A stretch of DNA of 55,137 nt, taken from Desulfobacterales bacterium. GTDB lineage: Bacteria > Desulfobacterota > Desulfobacteria > Desulfobacterales > JAHEIW01. This document shows, in pieces, positions 8,673 through 19,343 of this stretch. The stretch spans positions 1-55,137 of the forward strand of contig JASFIV010000003.1 in the NCBI GenBank assembly GCA_050122475.1, given 5' to 3'. Both the position numbers and the translations under genes were made by a program. Below the pieces are notes generated by a model. The model saw only the letters and a program-made list of their open reading frames with translations, made no database searches and was not told where the DNA came from. Position 1 is the stretch's first letter, and the number at the start of each line of letters is the position of its first letter.

Positions 8673-10073
8673 ATGCGAAAGGATCGGGATATCCTTTTAT
8701 TTTTGGCCCACGGCGGGATGGAGCTGACCTGGCTGTACGCATGGGCGACTTTTCTGACGACTGCCATCATGCATCGACCCTTCCCTTTACCCGAGGCCAG
8801 CGGTACATTTGTTCTGGCGGTCGTGTTAAGCCTGGTAGCTCGCAGAAGGGGGTTACGCGTCATCTCGGCATTGGGCCTGCAGATCATCGGGTTTTTCCTG
8901 GCCGCCTCCCGGCTCGTGTATGCTCTCAACTATCAAGCATATGCCTTTTTCGACAAAGGGTGGCTGCTGGATTTCTTCGGCCAAACGAAAGCGCCACAGG
9001 AGTGGTTGATACTTGTCGTCATTTTGATCCTCGCGTTGTTTTTTTGGGTGGCAGGCGTGACCTTGACCCGAAGATCAGCGACGTACCTTACCATCGGCGT
9101 GCGCTTTGATTATGGCGTGGGTGCATTTTTCGGCCTTTTTATCTTAAAATCAGTGTTGCTTGTAAAAGGAGGCGTCGACGTAAAGGATCCCGCACCGATA
9201 CTGCTGCTGTTTCCATTTTTGATCTTCAGCCTTTTGGCCTTAGGCCTGGCCAGAAACAGCGATACTGCCCGGCGGCACTTTCTGGCGGGCTACAGGGGCG
9301 TGGGGATGCTGACAAGCTTCACCGTGGTGGTTCTGGCTTTTGGTTCAGGCCTGGTATTGCTCTGTATGCCCTACATGCGAGCTGCTGCCGAGGTCGGCTC
9401 CGACGTATTGAAGTCCGTCGCCGGTCCGTTGCTTCCGACCATAGAACGACTGCTGAGATTTATCTTTAGCGCGCGATATTGGCGTCAATGGTCCAGTCCT
9501 TCCACCGAAGAGGAGGATACATCACTTATCTCTACCGCAGAAGGCAGCTGGTGGGATGAGCTGGTGATGGGGGGCCTGGGCGGTGGGCTTATCGGCCTGA
9601 TGCTGTTGGCGGGGCTCATTCTGTCCGCCCTGGGTTCGTGGTATCTGCTGCGGTGGTTGTTCTCTAAGACATCTGAAGAAAAGAAACCGATTCACTGGCA
9701 AGGGGTGTTGTGGTGGGCGCAAAGGCTTTGGAGGGTCATGGGCAGGTTTTTGAAAGAGACCGCGCAAAAGTTAACCGGGTACCGGAATGCCGTTCAACTC
9801 TATCGGACCTTTCTGCGGTGGGGCCGCCGTAGCGGCCTGCCCCATCTTTTGTGGGAGACCCCTGCCGAGTACGGTTCTCGCCTGAGAAAACAATTCCCGT
9901 CTCTCAACCAAGAAATCGGCGGGATCGTCGATGCCTATAATTTTACGGTATATGGTGAAAAAGCCCCTGAAGAGGACCAGATGACCCGGGCGAGGCATTC
10001 GTGGAAAAAGCTGCGCAGCCCCCGGTATTGGCCTACTCGTCTGAGGTCCTGGTTTTTCAATGGAAAAAGGTGA
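8673..10073 (+). CDS. Multi-pass membrane protein with C-terminal DUF4129
   Basis: Many TM segments; C-terminal GLP..WETPAEY..RL..YNFTVYG; operon with moxR and DUF58. Confidence 0.8.
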   Translation: MRKDRDILLFLAHGGMELTWLYAWATFLTTAIMHRPFPLPEASGTFVLAVVLSLVARRRGLRVISALGLQIIGFFLAASRLVYALNYQAYAFFDKGWLLDFFGQTKAPQEWLILVVILILALFFWVAGVTLTRRSATYLTIGVRFDYGVGAFFGLFILKSVLLVKGGVDVKDPAPILLLFPFLIFSLLALGLARNSDTARRHFLAGYRGVGMLTSFTVVVLAFGSGLVLLCMPYMRAAAEVGSDVLKSVAGPLLPTIERLLRFIFSARYWRQWSSPSTEEEDTSLISTAEGSWWDELVMGGLGGGLIGLMLLAGLILSALGSWYLLRWLFSKTSEEKKPIHWQGVLWWAQRLWRVMGRFLKETAQKLTGYRNAVQLYRTFLRWGRRSGLPHLLWETPAEYGSRLRKQFPSLNQEIGGIVDAYNFTVYGEKAPEEDQMTRARHSWKKLRSPRYWPTRLRSWFFNGKR

Positions 10074-10148
10074 TGCCGGCCGGTGAAGTTCAGTTTAAAC
10101 GAGGGAATACCATGCGGTTTTAAGTAAGAAGGGTCCGTTGCCTGTAGC

Positions 10149-11120
10149 CTAAAATTCGACTCCGATCATGACTCCACTGAGAAATGTTTGCGCATTCAAA
10201 AAGCCGATATTGGAGTCCCGGTAGCGGTATCCGGCCATCACCGTGGCGAAAAGATAGTCGATCCCGAAAAGATCGGAGCGGGTCAACATCCCGAATACCG
10301 AATAATTCGTATCGTTGCGGGTTTTGCTGAAAATCGGGTGCTTTTCGTCATAATCATCCCAGCCGACGGCCGCCTTTAACATGAGCTGGTATGATGTTGA
10401 AAACCGGCGCAAACCCAGCCCGAACTGATAACCGGTGTAAGCATTGGCATCGCCGTCGATGTCACCCATGGACAGCTCGAAGCCCGGTGTCAGTGACATG
10501 TTCTGCCCCAACCTCAGGTCATATTCAACTTCAGCTTTGTGAACGGTGCCGTCACGCTCCAGGTCGTCGAAGCGCTCACCGATATCATCCACATTCACAT
10601 CCACCCGGGAAAAGGCATAGGAGAGTTTCAATCCGGTCCCCAGGATCTCCTCGTAGGCCAGCTTGGCACCGTAATTATATTCACGGGTTTCTTTGCGGCT
10701 GGTGTTGGTCAGGTAAGGATCCCGCCAGACTTCTGAAAAGAGCCGGGTAAAAACAGATAGGTCCAGCCGGCTGCCGTCTGAGAAGGGTTGCACAAAACCC
10801 AGCGAGAGCCCCGGCGGGCCGCTCAGTTCCGTCGGGGTTCCAAAATAGACCTGGCGGCCGGATTCGGCAAAGGTATAGCGCAGGTTAAAGAGAGCCAGCG
10901 GCAGAAATTTATCGTACCAGTCCGCATCGCCACTCAGCGAATCGATGCGCTTATTCTCATCGGTTGTCTTAAGCTGATCGGTGCTGGTCATGTAGCCGGC
11001 GCCCGCTGAAATCCGGCCGCTGAAGCCCTCGGATTTTTCCGCCGGGCCGGCAGCTAAAGCGCTTGCCCACGAAATCAGAAATACGCCCAACAACGTCGTC
11101 ATTAAAGTTGATTTTGGCAT
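10149..11120 (-). CDS. Outer membrane beta-barrel protein, DUF2860-like
   Basis: Signal peptide; EVWRDPY, HPIFSKTR and YRDSNIGF motifs; C-terminal Phe. Confidence 0.75.
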   Translation of the reverse strand: MPKSTLMTTLLGVFLISWASALAAGPAEKSEGFSGRISAGAGYMTSTDQLKTTDENKRIDSLSGDADWYDKFLPLALFNLRYTFAESGRQVYFGTPTELSGPPGLSLGFVQPFSDGSRLDLSVFTRLFSEVWRDPYLTNTSRKETREYNYGAKLAYEEILGTGLKLSYAFSRVDVNVDDIGERFDDLERDGTVHKAEVEYDLRLGQNMSLTPGFELSMGDIDGDANAYTGYQFGLGLRRFSTSYQLMLKAAVGWDDYDEKHPIFSKTRNDTNYSVFGMLTRSDLFGIDYLFATVMAGYRYRDSNIGFLNAQTFLSGVMIGVEF

Positions 11121-11355
11121 CCACAATCCTTTCACTGAAAAAACCAGAATTCATTTTAGCGACAGACTGAAAACAACCGATATCCGATTTCACCCGGGGC
11201 CCAAAAGTGTCATCCTGCCGAGAGGCTTTTAATACATTTAAATCTACATTTCAATCCGATTGGACGAATTCCTTTACTTCGAGCGTTTCAATCTTTATAA
11301 TGAGCTCAATCGCAAAGATTGCCATTTAGGCATTAAGGCTTAAATTATTGTAATT

Positions 11356-12570
11356 ATGGACGAACAAATCATAACGGCAGACGAGACGACCCGAACCGGT
11401 CGGTCCCGCAGCCGGCGGCGCCTGTTATTGAATATCGGGCTATCGCTGGCGGTGATTGTGGCCGCTATCATCGGTGCCGCCTATATCACCAAGACCGCAC
11501 CCAAAGCGCGTCGGCGGCCGCCTGCCAAAATAGCGCCACTGGTTGAAGTGGCCCAGATACAGCCCGGCATTCACAATGTTGCCGTTCAGGCAATGGGTAC
11601 TGTCGTACCGGCTAAAGAGATCGTTCTTGAATCGCGCGTATCCGGCGAAATCGTTGCGCTTCACCCCCAATTTACGGTCGGCGGTTTTTTAGAAAAAGGA
11701 TCAGAGGTTTTACGCATCGATCCGCTCGATTATGAATTGGCCGTCACGCTGGCTCAGGCCAGAGTAAAGGACTCGGAAAGTATTTTAAAAGTTGCTGAAG
11801 AAGAGGCTGCAGCAGCTATTGAGGAGTGGCGGCTGCTGTATAAAAACAACCCACAAAACGCTAAAATTCCGGCATTGGTCGCCAAAGAGCCACAGCTGGA
11901 AGCCGCTCGCGCCAAACTGGCTGCCGAGAAGGCTGACCTGCAAAAAGCCAAACTCGATCTGGCCAGGACCCGAATCAAGGCCCCCTTTAATGCCATCGTC
12001 CGCAACAAATTTGTTGATATCGGCTCTCAGGTATCCGGCCAGGAGCAGCTGGCCGAGTTGATCGGCACGGATGTATACTGGATCCAAGCTTCGATTCCCG
12101 TGGATCGTCTCAACTGGATCACCATTCCGCGTCAATTCACCGAAACCGGCTCCAGCGTTCGTATCTTCCACCGCAACGCACATGAACATAGCGGTACAGT
12201 CATTAAGTTGCTCGGAGATCTGGAACAGGAGGGCCGCATGGCGCGGGTCCTCATTGAGGTCAGAGACCCTTTGGGATTGCGCCGGAAGGGAAAAAAACAG
12301 CTACCGCTGTTGATTGGAGAGTATGTGCGCCTTGAAATCTCCGGACGACAGTTAGACAATGTATACCGTATCCCCCGCAATGCGCTGCGCGACAGCAACC
12401 GTATCTGGGTGGCCTCGAGCGAAGACACGCTTAAAATTCGCGAGGTTGACATCCTGTGGCGTGACAGCGAGACGGTTTTGTTCAGAGACGGCCTCCAGCC
12501 GGGCGACCGTCTGATCGTATCAGAGCTGCCCACCCCGGTTGACGGAATGGCCGTGCAGATTGCCCGATAA
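11356..12570 (+). CDS. RND efflux periplasmic adaptor (MFP)
   Basis: N-terminal TM, SRVSGEI lipoyl half, coiled coil, LARTRIKAPF. Confidence 0.93.
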   Translation: MDEQIITADETTRTGRSRSRRRLLLNIGLSLAVIVAAIIGAAYITKTAPKARRRPPAKIAPLVEVAQIQPGIHNVAVQAMGTVVPAKEIVLESRVSGEIVALHPQFTVGGFLEKGSEVLRIDPLDYELAVTLAQARVKDSESILKVAEEEAAAAIEEWRLLYKNNPQNAKIPALVAKEPQLEAARAKLAAEKADLQKAKLDLARTRIKAPFNAIVRNKFVDIGSQVSGQEQLAELIGTDVYWIQASIPVDRLNWITIPRQFTETGSSVRIFHRNAHEHSGTVIKLLGDLEQEGRMARVLIEVRDPLGLRRKGKKQLPLLIGEYVRLEISGRQLDNVYRIPRNALRDSNRIWVASSEDTLKIREVDILWRDSETVLFRDGLQPGDRLIVSELPTPVDGMAVQIAR

Positions 12571-12608
12571 GCTCCGCGACTTTCTCAAACCGCCAGGCAA
12601 AGCTATTT

Positions 12609-15600
12609 ATGCAAATGAAAACAAACCCGGAAAAAAATATATACCGCGGCCCCCTTGCCTGGATGGCCGGTCATTCGGTGGCCGCCAACCTGTTGATGGC
12701 CGTATTTCTAATTGGCGGGCTCTTCTGGGCAATGCAGATCAAAAAGGAAGTGTTTCCTGACTTTGAACTCGACATCGTCAGGATTACCGTACCGTATCCG
12801 GGTGCCAGTCCTGAGGAGGTTGAACGCGGCATCGTCCTGGCCATAGAAGAGGCTGTAAATGGACTCGAGGGTGTAGAGGAGATTACCGCCACTGCCGGCG
12901 AAGGCCTGGGCAGGGTCAATGTGGAGATTATAGAAGGCGAAAACATCGAACGTCTGGCCCAGGACATCAAAAACGAAGTAGACCGCATCACCTCATTTCC
13001 GGAAGAAGCCGAGGAGCCCCGGGTGGTGATCGCAGAACGCAGACGTTCCGTGGTTTCGCTGGCTCTGTATGGTAATCAAAGCGAATGGATCCTACGTGAA
13101 GTGGCCGAAGATATCCGCGACCGGCTGTTGCAGGATCCGGACATTACCCAGGTGGAGATGGAGGGGGTGCGCAATTACGAAATTAGCATTGAAATATCCC
13201 AGGCAACCCTGAGGGCCTACAACCTGACCCTCGAAGAGGTTGCCGACCGAATCCGCCGGGCATCGGTGGAATTGCCTGCCGGCGCCATTAAAACCGAAAG
13301 CGGTGATATTCTGGTGCGTATGGTGGAACGGCGGGATTACGGAAAAGAATTCGGCAAAATTCCGATCATCACCGCCAATGATGGCACCCAGGTGCTGCTG
13401 GAAGATGTCGCCACGATCAAAGACGGCTTTGAAGAAACCGACAATTTTGCCACCTATAACGGCCAGCCGGCAGTTAAGATCCAGGTTTTTCGTGTCGGAG
13501 ATCAGACCCCGATTTCGGTCTCCGACGCCGTCCGCCGGCAAATGGAAACCATTAATCAAATTCTACCCCCCGGGCTTGCGCTGGAGGCCCGCAATGACCG
13601 ATCCGAAATTTACCGCCAGCGCATGAACCTGATGCTGCGCAACGGTTACCTGGGGCTCGGCCTGGTGTTTATTTTGCTGGCCATCTTTTTAGAGGCCCGT
13701 CTGGCTTTTTGGGTCAGCCTCGGCATACCCATTTCGATTCTGGGATCTTTTCTGTTTTTGACAATAATCGGATCATCCATCAACATCATCTCCATGTTCG
13801 CTTTTATTGTTACGCTGGGAATCGTGGTTGATGATGCCATTGTGGTCGGCGAAAACATCTATCACCATCGTCAGCGCGGGTTGCCCTGGTTTGAAGCAGC
13901 CTTGCGCGGAACCCGCGAAATTGCGATGCCCATCACGTTCAGCGTGTTGACCAACATGGTGGCCTTTTCCCCCATGTTTTTTGTTTCCGGTTTTATGGGC
14001 AAAATTTTCATTCATATACCCTTTGTGGTGATCAGTGTCTTTGCCGTGTCGCTGATTGAAAGTCTTTTCATTTTGCCCGCACATATCGGCCATCGCCGGC
14101 GATCCAATCCGGGCGGACCCATCGGCTGGCTGATGATCCAGCAGGCGCGCTTCAGCGAATTTTTCGGCCGCTTCATTCGCACCCGTTACGGGCCGTTTCT
14201 TGAACTGGCCCTGCGCAACCGCTATCTGACACTGTCCATCGGGGTGGCGCTGCTTATCATCACCGTGGCGTATGTCAAAAGCGGCCGGATGGGGTTTGAA
14301 CTGTTTCCCAAAGTGGAATCCGACTACTCGCTGGCAACGGCCAAACTGCCATTTGGCACTGCGGTTCAAAAAACCGATCGCATACAGCGGCATCTGCTGG
14401 AGACCGCCCGGCAGGTGGCCCAGGAAAACGGCGGTGACCAACTGGTGCGCGGCATTTTTTCGGTTGTCAACGGCAACCTTGCGACTGTGCGCGTGTACCT
14501 GACGCCGCCGGATGACCGGCCGATCTCAACCGCCCGGCTGACCGAGTTGTGGCGGGAACGCGTCGGTAAACTTTCCGGTCTTGAATTTCTCAAATTCGAA
14601 TCCGATGCCGGCGGGCCGGGCCGCGGTGCGGCCATTTCGGTGGAATTGAGTCATCGGCGCATCGAGGTCCTGGAAAAGGCCAGCGCAGATCTGGCAGCTG
14701 CTCTGGGATTTTTCCCCAGCGTCACGGACATTGACGATGGATTTTCACCGGGCAAGCAACAGATTGATTTTCAGATCAAACCGGAGGGCCGCAGTCTGGG
14801 GCTGCGCTCCCGGGAGGTCGCCCGCCAGGTTCGCCACGCCTTTTATGGTGCCGAAGCACTGCGCCAGCAACGGGGGCGCAACGAAGTCAAGGTCATGGTG
14901 CGGCTGCCCAAAGAGGAGCGTGTCTCTGAATACAATCTTGAGCAAATGATTCTGAGGACGTCCGCCGGCACAGAGGTGCCTCTGAATGAGACCGTAACCA
15001 TAAAGCGCGGCCGGGCCTACACCACCATCGACCGCCGCAACGGACGCCGCATCGTGACCGTGGCAGCGGACGTCAGACCCCGTAGCAAAACCGATCAAGT
15101 GCTGCAATCGATGATGGGCGATACCCTACCGGCACTGCAAAAAAAATATTCAGGCCTGACATATAGTTTTGAAGGCAGGCAGGCCGACAGACGCGAGAGT
15201 ATGAGCAGCCTGATGATCGGTCTGATGATGGCCTTAGTCGTCATCTATGCCATGCTGTCGCTGCCGTTCAACAGCTTTATCCAGCCAATTATCATCATGC
15301 TGTGCATTCCCTTTGGCATTGTGGGCGCCGTGATCGGGCATTTGATCATGGGTTACAGCCTAAGCGTGATGAGTATGTTTGGTGTCGTGGCCCTTTCCGG
15401 CGTTGTGATCAACGACTCGCTGGTGCTTATCAATTTTTCCAATCACAACCGCAAAGCGGGGATGACCGGGCCAGAAGCCGTCCTCGGCGCCGCTATTCAA
15501 CGTTTTCGGCCGATTATGTTGACCACTCTGACCACGTTCGGCGGCTTGGCGCCCATGATTTTCGAAACATCCCGCCAGGCCCGCTTTCTCATTCCGATGG

Positions 15601-15767
15601 CCGTTTCCCTGGGATTTGGAATTGTCTTCGCTACGGTCATTACCCTGGTTCTGGTGCCCTGTTTTTATACAGTGGTTGAAGATTTGCGTCAGGTAGCCGG
15701 CAAACGCGATCATCGCCTTGCCGACCAGAGCCGACACCCGGACAGGTTGATTTCCCGTCGACCCTGA
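12609..15767 (+). CDS. RND efflux permease (AcrB/AcrD/AcrF family)
   Basis: 1052 aa; YPGASPEEVE, GIVVDDAIVVGEN and RFRPIMLTTLTT motifs. Confidence 0.96.
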   Translation: MQMKTNPEKNIYRGPLAWMAGHSVAANLLMAVFLIGGLFWAMQIKKEVFPDFELDIVRITVPYPGASPEEVERGIVLAIEEAVNGLEGVEEITATAGEGLGRVNVEIIEGENIERLAQDIKNEVDRITSFPEEAEEPRVVIAERRRSVVSLALYGNQSEWILREVAEDIRDRLLQDPDITQVEMEGVRNYEISIEISQATLRAYNLTLEEVADRIRRASVELPAGAIKTESGDILVRMVERRDYGKEFGKIPIITANDGTQVLLEDVATIKDGFEETDNFATYNGQPAVKIQVFRVGDQTPISVSDAVRRQMETINQILPPGLALEARNDRSEIYRQRMNLMLRNGYLGLGLVFILLAIFLEARLAFWVSLGIPISILGSFLFLTIIGSSINIISMFAFIVTLGIVVDDAIVVGENIYHHRQRGLPWFEAALRGTREIAMPITFSVLTNMVAFSPMFFVSGFMGKIFIHIPFVVISVFAVSLIESLFILPAHIGHRRRSNPGGPIGWLMIQQARFSEFFGRFIRTRYGPFLELALRNRYLTLSIGVALLIITVAYVKSGRMGFELFPKVESDYSLATAKLPFGTAVQKTDRIQRHLLETARQVAQENGGDQLVRGIFSVVNGNLATVRVYLTPPDDRPISTARLTELWRERVGKLSGLEFLKFESDAGGPGRGAAISVELSHRRIEVLEKASADLAAALGFFPSVTDIDDGFSPGKQQIDFQIKPEGRSLGLRSREVARQVRHAFYGAEALRQQRGRNEVKVMVRLPKEERVSEYNLEQMILRTSAGTEVPLNETVTIKRGRAYTTIDRRNGRRIVTVAADVRPRSKTDQVLQSMMGDTLPALQKKYSGLTYSFEGRQADRRESMSSLMIGLMMALVVIYAMLSLPFNSFIQPIIIMLCIPFGIVGAVIGHLIMGYSLSVMSMFGVVALSGVVINDSLVLINFSNHNRKAGMTGPEAVLGAAIQRFRPIMLTTLTTFGGLAPMIFETSRQARFLIPMAVSLGFGIVFATVITLVLVPCFYTVVEDLRQVAGKRDHRLADQSRHPDRLISRRP

Positions 15768-15821
15768 GAAAATAAAAACCAATTGATTTGACAACCGATT
15801 TGCCGGTCTTATTTTAATATT

Positions 15822-15905
15822 AACAGAGCAGGTGACGCTTCTGCAGCCTACAGACCTTCATCTGTTCTCCTCCTTAACGGGCGACTCTAACGAGCCGCCC
15901 TTTTG
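15822..15905 (+). ncRNA. Candidate small RNA with anti-SD motif and intrinsic terminator
   Basis: TTGACA (15788) and TATTTT (15810) upstream; hairpin 15825-15868; CTCCTCCTT at 15867-15875; GC hairpin 15879-15900 followed by a T-run. Confidence 0.4.
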
Positions 15906-16206
15906 ATTTTTTTCGGACTGAATTTAAAGCTACCAACTGGCGTTTGAAGTTGGTTTCACATGAATATATGCACCAATTGCCTCTTTTAGTCCGGTAAAGC
16001 CCCACCAAAAACAACCCATTCTTTTGCCAACACGACAATTTGATGTGCCGCACCCCAAAAAAATAATCCTTCATTTTTTATTAGGGTTTTGACTTCTAGT
16101 CGGACTTTCTGTATGCTGGGTTGAACTCCAATGAATCATAAAACCAAAAAACGTCAGCGACGCTTGGAATAGCTTAAACGTAACCGCTAAAAAAGGACCT
16201 GGAGCC

Positions 16207-16437
16207 ATGAAAGAATTGATCAGCGAAATTGCGCGCGCACTTGTTGACAACCCGGAACAGGTAACGGTCACTGAAGTCGAAGGTGGACAGGCGTTGATAT
16301 TGGAGCTTAAAGTCGCGAAAGAAGATATGGGCAAGATCATCGGTAAGCATGGCCGCACAGCCCAGGCGATTCGCACGGTACTGAATGCTGCTTCCGGTAA
16401 GGCCAAAAAACGCGTTATTCTCGAAATTCTGGAATGA
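16207..16437 (+). CDS. khpA: KH-domain RNA-binding protein KhpA (UPF0109)
   Basis: [29 protein letters not shown] with GxxG loop; 76 aa. Confidence 0.9.
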   Translation: MKELISEIARALVDNPEQVTVTEVEGGQALILELKVAKEDMGKIIGKHGRTAQAIRTVLNAASGKAKKRVILEILE

Positions 16438-16885
16438 TCATCTCTGAGCCATTTGTATACAGTGCCGGGGATCATATCGATTTACCTGAATAGTAAACCG
16501 GTTCGGTCTAGATTCGTCAAAGAAGAGATCCGTTTGACAAAATAGTAAAGGCATTCCTCTGTTTTAAGGTGGGATGCTTTTTTTGTCTCCAGCAACCGAT
16601 TCGGCCCTTTATCAGCCGCTGATCGGCAAAAATGCGAGCAATCATTCCAAAAAAATAAATAAAAATTATAATATGACTTGCATTTAAATTCTTTCTCTTA
16701 TAAGAATTTTTTTCAGAAAACTGCACCAACCTATCGGGAAATGGGTTCGAGGCGTTTTATGGGTAGATGTGCCCCGCATCTTTATTCCCGACCCACCCGT
16801 AACAGGCGGATGTTAAATTCAGAGAACCACGTTCGAAGGAAGCCGGTCGGTTGAACCAGGCGAACATGAGACCGGCGGAAAGGTT

Positions 16886-17662
16886 ATGAATAGAATGGCG
16901 ACACCCGCACTCAAGGTCGAAGACATCCACAAAAGCTTCGGCACCATCAAAGTACTGAGGGGCATATCCATAGAGGCCTACGAGCAAGACGTCATATCCA
17001 TTTTGGGCAGCAGCGGTTCCGGTAAAAGCACCCTGCTGCGCTGCATTAATCTTCTGGAAACACCCACTGCTGGAAAAGTCTACGTCAAGGGCGAGCTCAT
17101 TAAAATGCAGGAGTTGCGCTCGGGGGAGCGCAAGGCTGCCGACCGCAAACAGGTAGAACGCATCCGCTCCAAGCTGGCGATGGTCTTCCAGCAGTTCAAT
17201 TTATGGGCCCATATGACGGTCATCCAGAATGTGATGGAAGCACCCGTCAATGTATTAAAAGTTTCCAAAGCCGAAGCACAAGAAAGGGCTGAAAAATTAT
17301 TGCAGCGGGTCGGCCTGTATGAACATCGCAACTATTACCCGGCCCATCTATCGGGCGGTCAGATGCAACGCGCGGCCATTGCGCGGGCCCTGGCCATGGA
17401 GCCGGATATGCTGCTCTTTGATGAGCCGACGTCCGCCCTGGATCCGGAGCTGGTGGGCGAAGTGCTGAAAGTCATGCAGGATTTAGCAGAAGAAGGACGC
17501 ACCATGCTGGTGGTCACGCATGAAATGGGATTTGCGCGTAATGTTTCCAGCCGGGTCATCTTTTTAGACGAGGGCCTGGTTGTGGAAAATGGACCCCCGA
17601 AGCAGGTTTTCGAACATCCCAAGTCCGATCGCTTCCGGGAATTTTTAGTCGGCGCTTTTTAA
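16886..17662 (+). CDS. Polar amino acid ABC transporter ATP-binding protein (HisP/AotP-like)
   Basis: [17 protein letters not shown] and [18 protein letters not shown] motifs. Confidence 0.95.
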   Translation: MNRMATPALKVEDIHKSFGTIKVLRGISIEAYEQDVISILGSSGSGKSTLLRCINLLETPTAGKVYVKGELIKMQELRSGERKAADRKQVERIRSKLAMVFQQFNLWAHMTVIQNVMEAPVNVLKVSKAEAQERAEKLLQRVGLYEHRNYYPAHLSGGQMQRAAIARALAMEPDMLLFDEPTSALDPELVGEVLKVMQDLAEEGRTMLVVTHEMGFARNVSSRVIFLDEGLVVENGPPKQVFEHPKSDRFREFLVGAF

Positions 17663-17707
17663 TGGTCCGTTTAGTTTAGCGATTTTAAAAACCAATTCTC
17701 TGGCAAA

Positions 17708-18595
17708 ATGGCACCTGCACCAACAAAACGATATCACAATACCAATGCCATCAGGCTGGGCGCTCTCTTGATGGCTGTGGTGATCTGGATCGCATTCATG
17801 GCTCCGGCTTCCGCCGCTGATTGGAAAAAAATTAAAATTGGCACCGAAGGCGCCTACCCCCCATGGAATTATTTTGATGAATCCGGCAAACTGGTCGGAT
17901 TTGAAATCGAGCTGATCAAAGATCTGTGCGGGCGCATGGATGCCGAGTGCGAAATCGTTACCCAAAAATGGCGCGGTATCATCGAGGGACTGAATAAGGG
18001 CAAATATGACGCCATTATAGCGGCCATGTCCATCACCGAATCGCGCAAAGAAAAGGTCACATTCTCACGCAGTTATGCCGATACGCCCAATATATTTGTG
18101 GTGCGCAAGGACAATCCCCTGGCCAATTTCCAATCCGAGCTCGAGCATTTGACGCTGGACGATATCAGTCCCGTGGAACAGAAAGCGCTGGATGCCCTTC
18201 TCAATGCCTTTACAGGTAAAGTCATCGGTGTGCAGGTCGCGACGATCTTCCAAAAATTTGCCGATGCCTATCTGGGAGAGCATTCAGAAATTCGCATCTA
18301 TGATTTCCAGCACACCGTTGACCTGGAGCTATACCAGGGGCGCCTGGACGCATTGGTCGGGGGTATGGCCTACTGGGCGCCGGTGCTTAAATCCGAACAG
18401 GGTAAGGAGTATCAGATCATCGGCCCCCAGATGACCGGCGGTCCTTTTGGCAGCGGCATTGGCGTGGCCGTCCGCAAAACGGATCAGGAGCTGGCCGACA
18501 TGTTTTCAAAGGCCATTAACGCAGCGCTGCGTGACGGAACCATTAAAAAACTGGCCATCGAGTGGTTTACATTCGACACTTCAGCACCGCAATAG
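17708..18595 (+). CDS. Polar amino acid ABC substrate-binding protein (family 3)
   Basis: Signal peptide, GTEGAYPPWN and MSITESRK motifs. Confidence 0.92.
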   Translation: MAPAPTKRYHNTNAIRLGALLMAVVIWIAFMAPASAADWKKIKIGTEGAYPPWNYFDESGKLVGFEIELIKDLCGRMDAECEIVTQKWRGIIEGLNKGKYDAIIAAMSITESRKEKVTFSRSYADTPNIFVVRKDNPLANFQSELEHLTLDDISPVEQKALDALLNAFTGKVIGVQVATIFQKFADAYLGEHSEIRIYDFQHTVDLELYQGRLDALVGGMAYWAPVLKSEQGKEYQIIGPQMTGGPFGSGIGVAVRKTDQELADMFSKAINAALRDGTIKKLAIEWFTFDTSAPQ

Positions 18596-18656
18596 CGGTT
18601 TTGATGATAGAACCCTAACCGAATTCGCTTATTCATCTTAATTACAGGAAAGCTGT

Positions 18657-19343
18657 ATGTCTCAGGTCGTTGCCTATTTTCCGCTGATCCTCAAAGGATT
18701 TCTGCTGACCGTGGAAGTCGCACTATTATCCCTGCTGATTGCTGTTTTGCTGGGATTGATCGGGGCAGTGGCCAAGCTTTCCAAATCCCGCATTGCCAAA
18801 GCGATTGCCGGCACCTATACCACCATCATCCGGGGCATACCCGATCTGGTCCTGATGACCCTTATCTTTTTCGGCGGCCAGATTCTGGTCAACAATATCG
18901 GTGAAAAACTGGGCTGGGATTATATCGATGTGGACCCCTTTATCGCCGGTACCCTCACCATCGGTTTTATTTTCGGGGCCTATTTCGCGGAGTCCTTTCG
19001 GGGCGGGATATTGGCCGTAGCACGCGGAGAAATCGAGGCCGGATACGCCTTTGGCATGACACCGTTTCAGGTTTTTTTCCGGATAACCCTGCCGGCCATG
19101 GTGCGGCATGCGCTGCCGGGAATCGGCAATAACTGGCTGGTGATGGTCAAGACCACCGCACTGGTTTCGGTGATCGGCCTGCAGGATATGGTTTACAACG
19201 CCGGCCTGGCCAGCGGCTCCACCCGCAAACCGTTTACATTTTATTGCGTGGTGGCCTTTTTGTTTCTGGTCATTACGGGCTTTTCCGATGTCGGTATGCG
19301 ATGGCTCGATAGAAAGTACAGTGTTGGGGTGCGCAAAGCTTGA
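18657..19343 (+). CDS. Amino acid ABC permease (HisQ/AotQ-like)
   Basis: YTTIIRGIPDLV, EAA loop GEIEAGYAFG, VKTTALVS. Confidence 0.93.
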   Translation: MSQVVAYFPLILKGFLLTVEVALLSLLIAVLLGLIGAVAKLSKSRIAKAIAGTYTTIIRGIPDLVLMTLIFFGGQILVNNIGEKLGWDYIDVDPFIAGTLTIGFIFGAYFAESFRGGILAVARGEIEAGYAFGMTPFQVFFRITLPAMVRHALPGIGNNWLVMVKTTALVSVIGLQDMVYNAGLASGSTRKPFTFYCVVAFLFLVITGFSDVGMRWLDRKYSVGVRKA

